From: Antedon mediterranea
Taxonomy: Eukaryota > Animalia > Echinodermata
NCBI RefSeq assembly: GCF_964355755.1
Contig: NC_092680.1
Location: 15,013,045 to 15,077,044 of the forward strand
DNA: 64,000 bases
Reading direction: 5' to 3'
The notes beneath the pieces were generated by a model that was not told the DNA's origin, did not search any database, and saw only the letters and a program-made list of their open reading frames with translations. This document shows, piece by piece, positions 1-13,600 of this stretch (the first letter of the stretch is position 1; the number at the start of each line of letters is the position of its first letter). Made by a program: the position numbers and the translations under genes.

Positions 1-668
1 AGGTTAATTTTAAATTTTGTGCAATGTCCTGGTTGTATCGAACATTGTCGTTCTTGAGACGAGTCAGTTACTCAATGGATTCATCTTATTACAGTATTAC
101 TTAGTATAGTAGAAAATTGCGTTGTGACAACCAAATGTATAGGCCTATCATTACCATGTATGGGCATATTGCACTTTTTTTGTAAAACTTGTTTGATACT
201 GTAGACAGAGCTTCAGTCGCACAATGGTTGTGATTATGATGCCATATGCTGGTTCCCATACTATTGATGATGTACGCTATCACGTTGACATTAGACAAAA
301 TCCTCCACAAATAGCATGTTTGTATTATGTGCTTAGTTCACTACTGACCTATGTGTGGTGCATTGTTTTTAGAAAAGACAAAGCAACTACATACGATCTG
401 GTTAAACTTATATTGGTATGGAGAGTTGTTAACTTTAAAACAATACAAATACATGGTTGATGTAGGCCTATGACACATACGCCTACGCCTATCAACAACT
501 GGTTATTTTCCGATTTTGTTTCAGTAGAGGAAATATTATTGCTTATAATAGTGTCTAGTTTTCCAATGATTATAACCCTTGTGACCCGTTACACAAAAAC
601 CGGCGTCCATGAATTACCGCAACACTTACCGTCCCACAACTATGTTAAGAAGACTGTACAAGTATTAA

Positions 669-998
669 AGATGTATTGTCGCCCAAAAACATGAAAGATT
701 AATTAAATAAGACTATTAATACGTTATTTTGTAGTTTGAATAAAGTTAATCACTTCAGTAAAAAAAAAATTGAAAAAACAATGTTTTCACTTATAAAATG
801 ACAAAATAAATGGTTAAATACAATTAAAAATCCATTGCTGACAGCCAATCTTACTATTTTTGCTTTAAATTACAGTTTTTTCAGATAAATAATTTGTTTT
901 CTATCCAATTTTTGGTCAAAATGGATAATTATTATTATAAAATGGCATATTCAACCAAAAATGTTAACAAAATACATTTTCAGGGGGACAATACATTT
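669..998. mobile_element. MITE with TTAA-type flanks (Kolobok-like)
   Basis: TTAA|AGATGTATTGTCGCCC ... GGGGACAATACATTT; full-length homology to 20478-20822. Confidence 0.7.
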
Positions 999-1379
999 CT
1001 AAATATTCATTTAAAACTAAGGATAGTTTTGGCAGTTTGTTTAAAATTCAGTTTACACACAACACAACCAAGTAAGACGAAATTTTTAGTGAAATTTGAA
1101 CGATTCATATTATGGGACTAAGGTTTTGATGTGAACGATTATTAGGCCTAGTACTGAGATTTAAAGTAATAAAATCCACAAAAGTATCCAAAGATTAAAA
1201 CGTTTGTACAACCACCTATTGAACGGCTAATTTACCAATGAAGTGTTTGTATTTTAGTAATAAAAAATAGAAATACATTATCATTATTATTATTACACAT
1301 TTTTGGACATAATTTAACTGAAGGTTGATAACCTTATAACAATGGAAACACAGTAGAAATGAGGATTTCAGCACATTTT

Positions 1380-1606
1380 TAAAATCGGAAAACGCAACCT
1401 GAAGCACAGGAATTATTAAAACGCAAAACACGGAACTGTTCCCAGAAATATACATGTACTTTGTCGTTATAGAAGCAGTGAAATGTTTATTCCAGGAAGA
1501 ACCGGTACTATCGGGTGCAATAAGTATGATATCATTTTAGTAGATACCACACAACACAAACATGCTCTTGGTGTATTAGACCTGTACATATTAAACAACG
1601 TCAAAG
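1380..1606 (+). promoter_or_regulatory. Putative proximal promoter/5' UTR shared among the paralogues, with STAT GAS-type sites
   Basis: TTCCCAGAA at 1439-1447 and TTCCAGGAA at 1490-1498. Weakly alignable to 22910-23230 and 49905-50173, which also carry TTCN3GAA. Confidence 0.4.
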
Positions 1607-4600
1607 ATGAGCACATATACTGTATTGTTTCTGTTGATTCTTTCTGTTCTAATGAGTGAATTAACAGTCAATTGTGAGATAGATTGCAGCTTTGAGGAGG
1701 ACATATGCACCATAACAAAAGACAAGACAGCGTCAGCCCAATGGAATAGACAATCAGACCAGCATCATAATGACCATACTTACGGTAATAGTTCAGGTAA
1801 GACAACAGACATTTTACGCACATTGTTTGAAATCACCATGTATCTTTTCTGTAAAAAATAAAATAACGACATTATATACTAAACAAACCTTTCTTTAAAA
1901 TATGACAATACAAATAATAAATAGTCATAATAATAGTTATATGCTACGCTTACAGTAAGTACACGTAGACACTGCCTTATCTCGGAAAAGTGAGAGACAG
2001 TGTAACTTTAATGTCTTTGATGATGATTATTTATATTATTATATTTATTATTATTATATTACTGTATTAGTATGTATTGTGCGGCCTTATGGTGCGATTT
2101 TAATGTAAAAACTATAAAGTCATTACAGGTCTGTTATAATAACGCACTTAGAAAGATTTTAAGACGCTCAAGGAGCTGTAGTGCTAGTGCTATGTTTGTT
2201 GATAACCATGTTCCCTCCTTCTATGAGTACATTCGGAAATCAATTTTTTGTTTCAAAACAAAAATTGAAAAAAGCTGTAATACTTTAATTACATGTGTTT
2301 TTTCTCGTATTCTAAAAGATTCAAAGTTGCATAGAAAATGGACAGAACTTTTGTATATTTAATCTCATGTATACTTTTACGTGTGTTAACTAGTATCAGT
2401 ATAGCCATAATAATGTGTTGTTTTTGTAAACTTTATGTGTTTCATATGGACAGTTTGTCTGAAATAAAGTTGAATTGAATTTATTCCAGGTTTCTTTATG
2501 TCTGTTCATGGCAACGGACCTGCGCGACTTCTAATACACGTAGTCGACGGTGGACCGAGGTGCTTGACTTTCTGGTATAAACTGTATAATCCAAACAAAA
2601 ATGCCCAAGGGGGTATACTTCGTGTATACCAAACATACAACAGTGCCTATTTCGATGAACCAATTTGGGAGGTAACAGGCAATTTAGGAAAGGTCTGGCG
2701 ATCAATTGAGTTGGATCTATCGAGTAGTACTGATTTTAAGGTAATCACTACAAAACAAAAATGTTTAACCGGTAATAAAATCATATCATATCATCGATCT
2801 TATGTATTAACATGTTGTGCTATGTATGTTGTGCCTATTGATACAATATACTGTATGTGGTCCGAATACGAGACATTTAGAGTAACAGGTAGCGAAGACT
2901 AGATTTGAGTGAGTGGCCGAGCGGTTAAGACAGTGGAACCGTAATTACGTAGCCATAACATCGGCAAGGGTTCGAGGCTCACTCACTCCATGGTTCTGGT
3001 GGTAGAACGAGTCTTCTCGGATAAGGACTATAAACCGTAGGTCCAGTGTACACATCTAGCTCGTGTGCACTTTAAAGAACCTAGTACATCTTTCGAGACG
3101 AGTAGGGGGTTACCCCGGTGTATTAGTACATTACAGCCACTGATCACCAACTGGGCCCTCTGGGAGACCAGTCTTTGACTGAAGAGGTTACCCAGTATAA
3201 ATATAAATTTCAATTCAATCAATTTCCCAAATTCTAATCTTTATAATTAACAGTAGAACGTCTATTAAGGAAACCCTTAACAATAACGAAGGATGGGTTT
3301 TCCTAAACTGGAGTAGTAATTAGTAATGTAAGACAGTTAATTACCATTTTCTGTTTTGGTTTAATGAAGATTGTAATTGAAGGTGAACGACATCCCGATA
3401 GCTATGTGTTATTAGATGATGTTGCTATTACAGATGAAAGATGTTCGGGAACACGTAAGAAAAACGACTAAATATTGGATTAAATGTGATATTTTAGTGT
3501 GGCATATGATGAATAACTACATAAATAATGAATATTTATTAGTACTGTTGTACAACTTATATCATAAAATTTACATTTCACCCAATAAAGTTATTTGCAC
3601 CACGCACGAATATATATATATATAATTTTGAAACGATAAAGATGAGGAAATCTGTGAGAATGAGAAAAAGTCGCCCCAACCTGCTTGATATGCAGATGTC
3701 CTAACCATTAGACCACGGGGCTTTCATGGTATTGTTCAAACTCGATTGGATAGCGACTCTTTAACATTCTCGGCGTGGTACGGCGGAACAGCACTAGTCC
3801 TCAGTTGTACGCACGTATTACTGTATTTGATTTATGGAACATCTACAGTAAGACGATTTTTTGTCATTGTTATTCTTATGATCTTTTTAAACGAGAGATC
3901 GAACGATCGTTAAATAGCACGTACTATTACACGGCATGTGACCTACAATCGTCTAATCAAATGCCATGAATATAATAGGTGTTATAATAGGCTAGTTAGC
4001 AAACATAGTGAAAATTAGTATATACCAAACAGATGGCAATTATTTTTCTTCAAACATTATACCAGAACAGTAGCATTTGTAGAGTGCAGTTCGTTCTATC
4101 CAAATATCAATGTAGAATTGGCCATACGTGTAAAGTTACTGTTTATGTTTCAGATTCCGTAATGCCTGACATATCATGTGACTTCGAATACAACCTTTGT
4201 GGTTACCAAACGAACACTAATGTTGATGTCGATTGGATACGACAACAGGCAGACGATGGGATGTCAGGAGATGGACCAGATGAAGACCATACATTTGGAT
4301 TTGACTATGGTAGGCTTCTTCAATATTGGAAAAAATCACTTTCTCACTCAATATTTAGTAAAAATAAACAATTTTGATAAATTAAGATTAGATATAAAAT
4401 TGATTAATACAGTGTGAGTGTCGCTTTAGACATTTGTACACAAAACGTGTACTAATGATATTATTTTTACTTTTACCTTAATTATTTTTTTCTACTTTTA
4501 TACCATTATTATTCACTTTTATTCATTTTCAACATAGGGCATTACTTGTGTGTAGACCCAGATAATACCCCACGATATGAAGGCCACAGAGCTAGGATCA

Positions 4601-7600
4601 CATCTCCAATTCAGAACATAACTGAAGAAGAATACTGTGTCTTGTTCTGGTACTACATATCTGGTGTAAGCGTAGGTGAACTAAAAGTATTTTCAGAGAA
4701 AAATAACAAGAAAGAGTTAATGTGGAATGTCCGAGGTGATCAGAGATCATCGTGGCATAGAGGTAGTTTTCAACTAACCAATACGAATGATCCGTTTCGA
4801 CTGATTTTTGAAGCAATTCGTGGAAGCAATCCAAGTCAAGGTGCCTTCTGCGTTGATGACGTTGATGTTCTTAGTGGAATTTGTTCAATACGTAAGTTTA
4901 CTATTAATTAATTCCCAAATGAAATACGTTCATTGAAATAATCAATTGAACCATATAACAAAAAATTATTCTAAGAAATACCAACATCCTCCATTTAGAT
5001 AAAATATATTGTATACTGTATGAAAGTTGGTTTTTATATAAATGATGAATATTTATGAGTAAAATGGGGATTTAATGTTGCATCTAACGAGGCAAATAAA
5101 GCTAATTCTCCCCCATTTTTAACACACATTGAAGGAATTAAATGTCGCGTCTTTGATTTTGTGACCGATTAGCCTACAACATCGAACAACATTTTTAAAA
5201 TGTTTACAAAAATGTTTCAAATGGAAAATATATGTTTACGTTTTTATATCTCCAAAAGACAATACCTCACCCACTCCAACCGACACACCATGGCAAGTTA
5301 AGAATATAGAAGACGCGGGTTGCACATTTGAGACCAATGAGTGTGGCTATGGTTCGTATGACGAGAAAGAGACTAGTTTGGGGGTTAAATCAGGATACGA
5401 CCATACTGTTGGAGCAAATGGTAAGATATACTCTTTTCGTTGAAACCATAAGATACAATAGTATAATCCTTGATAGCTAAAGTATAAATTTATCTTATAT
5501 ATAATCCCCAACTCGTCCCGAGAGATACGTTCTCTAAATTGGACATCAGCATATTGTGTACACTGGACCTACGGTTTATTGCCTTTATCCGAGAAGAATT
5601 ATACCATCAAAAAGGGGGAAAACATGAGTGAGCTCAGATAATAATGTCCTGGTAAAATTGATAATTATACTTTCAATAATAATTATAGTCCTTTAAGCTC
5701 ATCATTCAACTTTGTATACATTTTGGACACTGTAATTTATTCATGGCTAGGCAATGGCTATGCCTATAGCCAATGCCTACATTTTTAAATTAATTTAATT
5801 CACATTGATTAAAACAGTAACATTTGGTTTTTAATAATTATTGTATTAAATATTATTATTTATATGGATTTTACAAAAGGCACTTACTGTTAATGTTACT
5901 CATGTCAACAAACGACCAAACAATCCTACGCCTAGCAATGCTAAAACGTCTAGGCCTAGCCTAATACTAACAGGCCTAGGCCTACTAACTAGGCCTAGCT
6001 AGGCCTAGGCTGAAAGACAGCAATACCAAACTTTGACTGGAACTCATATAGGCTAATTATGTTTTTTTCCAACGAATACACGTACACGAATGTAAATCCT
6101 AAAAACGATGTAACGAGTTAATTTGAATGCGTTTTTGATCTAGATTGGTACAAATTATATCTCTCCAAAAATGAACTACCATCGACGAAACATTTTCGAC
6201 GAAACATTTTCGACGAAAGTACAAAATAGGTGGCACTGTTGTATTTCAAAGCAATACAGTTACAGTTTAGCTGTATCATCCTCTGTCGGATGTAGCCCTC
6301 CTCATGCTTCTGTCAATCCCGTCTGTTCTGTGCTGTCCTCGCCCACGTGATGCCTGCATACTTTGTAATGTCGTCCCTCCATCGCCGTTTCTGCCTTCCC
6401 CTTTTCTTGTGCCGGTTCTTGGTTGCCATTCTGTCATACGTTTTGTCCACCTGTTGTCATCCCTTCTTGCCAGGTGTCCCGCCCGCGATTTTTTTTTTCG
6501 TACATAAGTTGGGGACCCCTCATGAAACGTCACAAAATAAACATGAATAATTCATCAGTTAAATTTGTTGTTCCGTGTGCACCCAAGCGTATAGCAACAA
6601 GAAGTGATTACACAACTGCGATACGATACTTTCTACAGTAGGCCTAGAATAAGTCAATTCACGTGATTGCCTTCGCGCACTCTTCTTCACACAAAATGTG
6701 TCGAGTCGAGGTTAATCGACAGCTAGGCAAGACATTAAACTAAGTAGTAATTCATTGGACATAGCCCAAAGAAAGCTTAGACCCACAAGAATAAAGAATG
6801 TGTATAATTTGTGTACTGTATTTTTTTAATTCTGCTATTTTATTATCAAACAATATGCATGATGTACTCAAAGGAACTTAAAAAATGCGCGTATATGAAC
6901 ACATGAGATGGGAAGATTTGACCCACGAGAATAAAAAATGTATTTTTGTGTAATTTATTGTTTAATTTTGCTGACTTATTACTCGGATTGTGTCATACCA
7001 AAGATAACTATCTTTGGTCATACCTAACACACACACGTCACACACACCCACAGCTACTACTAGAATAGACATGGGTTTAGAGACTAATAATTAGGCATAC
7101 TAGTATTAATACATAATAGTATTAATAGAAACTATAATTTTAACACGTAATTCTTTAGTAATAAATTATATTAAAAACACCATAAACTAAAGGCTGATTA
7201 TTTTGACAATCCACACAAAACGCCGCTATCTTCTATGAAATCGCACGTCGCAACAACAGCGGAGATAGGCCTAGAATCGTACCGCACTTGTGTAATCACT
7301 TCTTGTTGCTATACGCTTGGGTGCACACGGAACAAGAAAATTTAACTGATGAATTATTCATGTTTATTTTGTGACGTTTCATGAGGGGGTCCCCAACTTA
7401 TGTACGAAAAAAATAATCGCGTCCCGCCCAACGCCATTTTGCTTCTTTTGTTTTGTTCATTATATCTTTGACTTTAGTAAATTTCCTTATTACTGTGTTT
7501 TTGATTTTATCCCTAATTGTCACTCCAAGCATTTGCCTTTCCATAGCTCTTTGTGCAGTGGTTAGTTTTTGTTCCAAAAATGTTGTTGTCCATGTTTCAC

Positions 7601-10600
7601 AACCATAAGTCATTGTAGGGAGTACACACTGGTTGAAAACTCTTCTCCTGTGAACTATTGGGATTTTCTTGTCGCAAAGGATTTCTCTATATCTGCCAAA
7701 GCAGCTCCATCCCGCCTTAATTCTTATGAGAATTTCGTCTCTTGTGTTGTCAGCCATTTTCACTGTTTGGCCCAGGTACTTGTAGCTATCAACTTGTTCG
7801 ATCCTATCATTTTCAATTTCTATGGACTCATTGTTATGGAAGTTTGTCATATACTTTGTCTTTCCTTTGTGTATTTTCAAACCAATCTTCTTGCTCTCTC
7901 TGTTCAGATCATTTAACTGTTCCTCCATGTCTTTGACTGTTTCGGTTGTCAAAGCAACCTCTGCAAATCTAAGGTCAGTTAAACTCTCTCCATCAATGTT
8001 GACGCCATGTCTTTCCAGGTTCAAATGTTTGAAAATTTCTTCCTCTATGGTTGTAGTGAATATTTTTGGTGATATTGTGTCCCCTTGTCTGACACCTCTG
8101 TTTATGTGGATGAGCTTAGATACATCTTTGTCAAGGTGTATTGTTGCAGTGGCATCTGTATAAATGTCTTCAATTATCTGAACATAGCCTTCATTTACTC
8201 CAGTTTTCCTCAGGGCTCTAAACAGATCAGCATGTTCTACTGAGTCGAATGCCTTCTCGTAGTCTATGAAGCCTACGCATAGATGCAGTTGGTATTCATT
8301 TGACTTCTCTATTAATTGGTTTAAAGAATGTAGATGGTCTGTTGTTGAGAATCCCTGCCTGAATCCAGCCTGCTCTCTTGGTTGGTTTTCATCGGGTTTC
8401 ATCATCATGTGATAAAAGACTGATTGGTCTATAATTCTTGATATCAGCTTTATCTCCCTTCTTGTGTAGTATTATGATTTTTGCCTCTTTCCATTTCACT
8501 GGTATTCTCTTTTCTCTCAAGATATGATTGTACAGTTTGACAAGGTTTATGTTTATCTCCTCCCCTCCTATCTTAAATATATCGCTGGCTAAGTCATCTA
8601 AGCCTGGTGCTTTATTATCTTTCATCTGTTCGATGGCCATTTCCACTTCCCTAGCTGTTATTTTTGGAGGTTCTGTTTCATCTACAGATTTATTCTTGAT
8701 CTCCATTGTGGTTTCTGTCTTGGTTGAGTTGTACAACTCTTGATAAAAGTCTGCGCATATGTTTAGGATTTCCTTTCTTTCTGTGGTTAAGTTACCATCT
8801 TTCTTCCTCAGTTGGTTATTTCTAGTTTTCTTACGGTTCAGTTTTGTGATCTGTTTTGGTCCTTTTCCACTTTCCAAGATTGTTTCAATTTGCTCTCTCT
8901 TCCTTTTTCTGCTTCTAGTTCTTCTCATCTTTCTCACTGTTTTTACTAATTCTGTATATTCTATTCGTTGTGATGTTGATTTGTTTTCAATTTCTCTAAG
9001 TTCTTTTCGTTTTATATCAAGCTCCTCAATCAGTCTGTCCTCCTCAGATGTCAGCTTGTTCTCTCTGTTCAAAGGTGCTGTTTCTTCAGCTGCCTCAATC
9101 ACTGTTGAAGATATCAGATCAAATTTGGTGTCTATATCTGCATCTTCAATATCTAGACTTGCAAACCGATTTTTAAGTTCCAACTGGAACTCCTCCTTTC
9201 TGTTTTTCAGTTTCTTTTGGTTTTTGATGATCTTTAGTCTTTCAAGCTTCCTTTTCAGATGTATTTTGGCTCTTACCATCCTGTGGTCGCTACCAATGTC
9301 TACATTTGTTATTACACTGCAGTCCTCTACAATTCCCCGTTGGCTGGTTAAAAAAAAGTCTATTTGATTTCTTGTTCTTCCATTTGGGCTCTCCCAGGTC
9401 CAATATCTATTCTTATTTTTCTTAAATAGTGTGTTTGCCACTATCAAGTTATGTTGTGCAGCAAATTCAAGTAACATGTCTCCTCTCCAGTTTCGTTCTC
9501 CAACTCCAAATGTGCCCATTATAGGTTCTTCTCCTTGTTGACGTTCTCCTATCTTGGCGTTGAAGTCTCCCAATACTATGGTGTATTCCGCTTTGCTTTC
9601 TCCTTTCGCCTTGCTTATTTCTTCATACACTTCTTCAACTACTTCATCATCATACTCACTAGTTGGTGCATACACTTGAATTATGCATAAGTGTTTCTTT
9701 TCTGAAAGCTGTATGTTAAGACTTACTACTCTATTTGAGTAGTGCTTGATGCCTTTTATATAGTCTTTGAATTTTGGATGGATTAGGAACCCAATCCCCT
9801 TAGCTTCAGTGTTGTCTTCCGTTTTTCCATGATTGTATAACCAAGCTCCTCCTTTCAATTCTTCGATCCCCTCTCCTTCTCGTTTGGTTTCACAAAGTCC
9901 TATCACATCCCATTTGAAGTTTCTTAGTTCATCCATTAGTGATTCTAAAGATTCCTCTGTTCTTAAAGTTCTGGTATTATACGTACATATGTTGATTTGT
10001 GATTGTCCACTCTTAAATTGATGTTCATCAGTCGCACAGCTTCCATTCGGCTTTGACTGTGAGACGCCATATAAAGATTTTATAAATCTTACATCACGAC
10101 TGGGCAACTTGCATTCACCAGGTCCTTGATGACTGCGCCCTTTTTGGCCATGGGCTTTACGACCTCTCTTTTCCTTGTCTTCCATTTTTATACATGAGGG
10201 TTTTCTGCCATATACTGACGCGCTGGCAGGACGTAGTGTCAGCAGGTTTTTCTTAGGGTTTTCCTCCCAAACTCAGAGCTTCGTCAGTTTCCTTGAGCCA
10301 TAAAGCGGACTCAAGTTATCCGGCTGGCACCGCTTGGAGGTAGAAGATGAGTTGCAAGTATAGAGGCGATTATGGACAAGTGGGCTTACAGATGGTAATG
10401 CCACAAGTACATACTGTAACAAGTACAGAAGTTGCGCATATACAAGCCTTACGAACCAAATATGTTCGCGTTTGCAAAATATTTGTTTTGTACTATTTCA
10501 AAGCAATAGTATAAAACAAATATTTTGCAAACGCGAACATATTTTTTTTTTCGTACACGAAACAAAGTACTATTAAATGATCGTTTAATAGTGCGTACTA

Positions 10601-13600
10601 TTGCACGCCATGTGACCCACGTTCGTCCAATAAAATGACAGGAATTTATTTAGGTGTTATATAATATATATTCTTATAGAATGATCAATAATAATAATAT
10701 ATTTTTCTTAAAATGATTTGTTAAGCGTTTATAAACTAATCCGAGATCCTAAAAGCTACCACATCTGGAATATAACGCACATAACTAGACGGTATCACTT
10801 ATGTAGTTCCGTTTAGTAACACATTGATTAGAATGTTAAGAACAACAATACTAATCATTATTATGAAAACAATTTTTTTACATTACTGAAGATGAACAAA
10901 TAATTTTTTTATTATTTAATTATAGGACATTTTGTGGGTTTAAAGTATTCAAAAGCTGGTTGGACTTATCGGACGCCATACATTTTCAGTAATAGTGTTT
11001 CCAATTGTTTGACATTCTATTACAAATGCACTTACCATTACTGTAAATACGGAGGTTTAAACATCTACATTATTGATCAGGCAGATGGAAAAAATGCGTT
11101 GCCAGTTGATCCATTTCAAATAGTAAAAACATATTCAACAAAATGGGAAAAGATAAAGATAGATTTGCCTCTAACAAATGACAATTTTACAGTGAGTTAT
11201 TTTTTCCGTTAAATAAACCATATTTATCAAATCATATTTACATCAATTGCCGATTGGGTGGGTTTTTCTTAATCTCACAATATTATTTTGTCTTCAAATA
11301 GGTTGTTTTCGAAACAGAGTATAAAGGAAATGTATATGGTATTGATGACGTAGAGTTTTACAATCATGAATGTTCAGAAGAAGGTATTTTTCATTATTTT
11401 CATATGTCTAACACTGGTATAAAGCGATTTGACATATTTTAAGTATTGTGAAATTAAACGGCCACCATTTCGTACAAAAATGTAAGATATGTTTGCAAAA
11501 CGACCATAATATGACTAAAACAAACATAAAGTCTACTAAACGAATTTAGCCGCGCGAATCTAAAGCGTCGACTTTTGCACACGTGTATTGATATTACCAT
11601 CTTCCAAATCTCTTTTTGTGACGATGTCAGTTTTATTTCCTTTTAAGGAATCGAAAAATATCGCAACCAATCAGAGCTCATGAAATGATTTACCACGCCT
11701 TCTTTATGCACTTATGCAACAATAGCTTAGCAGACATGCGATGGAAAAGAAATTTTCAGCTCTTCGGAAAGGCTACTATAGCGTAATTCATTAATCAAAT
11801 ATAAAATAACTTTAGGACAGAAATAATATATGTTTTATTATTTAAAAGTTGCAAAACAATGATTTGTTTTTTTTGTAGTAAAGCCAACGAAGGAGCCATT
11901 TAAATCAACAATTGATTGTGATTTCGAAGAAGGTGAAATATGTGGATACAGTCAAGGAACAGGCATGTACAGCAGGAACAAGGCATGGACACGAATTCAA
12001 GGCCCAACACATTCGCTTAATACTGGACCAGACAACGATCATACTTTGAATACGACAGAAGGTGAGAATAACCCATACGAATATAGGGCTTTACTACTGT
12101 TATTCATTCTTTTCTTATAGTTTTGATTGTATTAGAGTGAATAAACCCTATTATATAATGTTTTATTACATTATGTACTAGTTCTAGGCAAAGGTAATCT
12201 CAGTATTAAATATTCTTTAACAATTTCATATATTAAATATTGTTAGGCCTACTATTTCTAATTTAGCCCAGTTGAAGATTAGGCCTATTTTCTTTTACAA
12301 TTATTCTAATCTCAGTCTTTACGATAACAACTACGATTATAACGATTACGGCAACCATGATAACTAAAACTACTACAATTAATACGATTAAAACAACTAC
12401 TATATACGACAATGGCGACTACTCCAAGAATATGGCGACTACTAAGACTAGAAATACAACGACTACAACCACTACGACTACTAAACAAATATGACGACTG
12501 ACAATGCAACTACACGATTTAAACGACTACGACGACTATAACAACTACATACTATTCGTTTAAGGTCATTATATATACGTTGAAGCATCTGGCATATCAA
12601 GACAAACAAGCTTTCTTATCAGCACACCCCTTTTCAAACATGTCCATGGACCGATGTGCCTTCGATTTTGGTATCACATGAAAGGAGAACATATAGATAG
12701 ATTGAATGTTCGTAAAGACATGACTTATCAAGGCACAATTTGGAGTACATCATCGACTACGTCGGGCTGGAAACTTCAAAATATTGAAATTGACAACATA
12801 GACTTGTATGATAAACAAATAAAGGTATATACAACAGTAATACTAAATAATTTACCTTTTAGTGGCCGATATTAAAACATTAGATGTCACATCAAACATC
12901 AAACATCACTAACGTCACGTCACGTAAACCCACCGTAAGTAAGTAAATTGACCAATCACAACGCGATGGATCATCCAAACTGCTGTGGTTTGAGATTGGT
13001 AACCGTTATTAAGTTGCGCCTCGTCCATTCCAAGTGGGAATCAGGCTTTATTTAAAAAAATTGTATTTATTATGTTGTTGTATCGAGAAAAAAAACTGTT
13101 ACATTGAATTCAAATAGATGAATGATAACAGATAGTTAATCCGTATGAAGGCCTACACACAATCATAGACATGGCACAGGCCAATCATCGATTTCAATTT
13201 TGCTTCAATAATAAAATACATAAAATTAATACGGACATGCTCCATTTTAACGTCTTTGTCATGTAATACATTTGATATCTTTACATTATCTGATTACAGA
13301 TCTATTTTGAAGCGTATATTTCTGGTGGACATAAAGGAGATGTTGCTCTTGATGATATTACACTTGTTGATAATGTATGCAATCCACCAAAACCTGCTAT
13401 TACATATTCATATTGTCAATTCAATAGTTACCCCAACAAATGTAACTACAACGATTATCGTCCAAATAATAAATGGCATTCATGGAAACATCAATCAAAA
13501 ATCAATGTTTCAAGTAGGCACATTTTACAACTTTTTGGTCTTCTAGTTTTTAGTTAATTATACGACATCCAAGCCTTTATAATAATATTTATATATAAAA

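Noticed and set aside
2907-2990. Possible tRNA gene
   Set aside because: The anticodon arm is not canonical and the sequence continues into a SINE core with other decayed copies.
7569-10021. Plus-strand ORFs of 62-202 aa
   Set aside because: Antisense shadows of the RTE ORF.
10255-10295. Hammerhead-like CTGACGA...GAAA on the minus strand
   Set aside because: Stem II and the flanking stems cannot be formed in canonical register.
13510-13522. Apparent GC-AG intron after exon 11 of paralogue 1
   Set aside because: A canonical GT donor at 13514 gives the correct phase.
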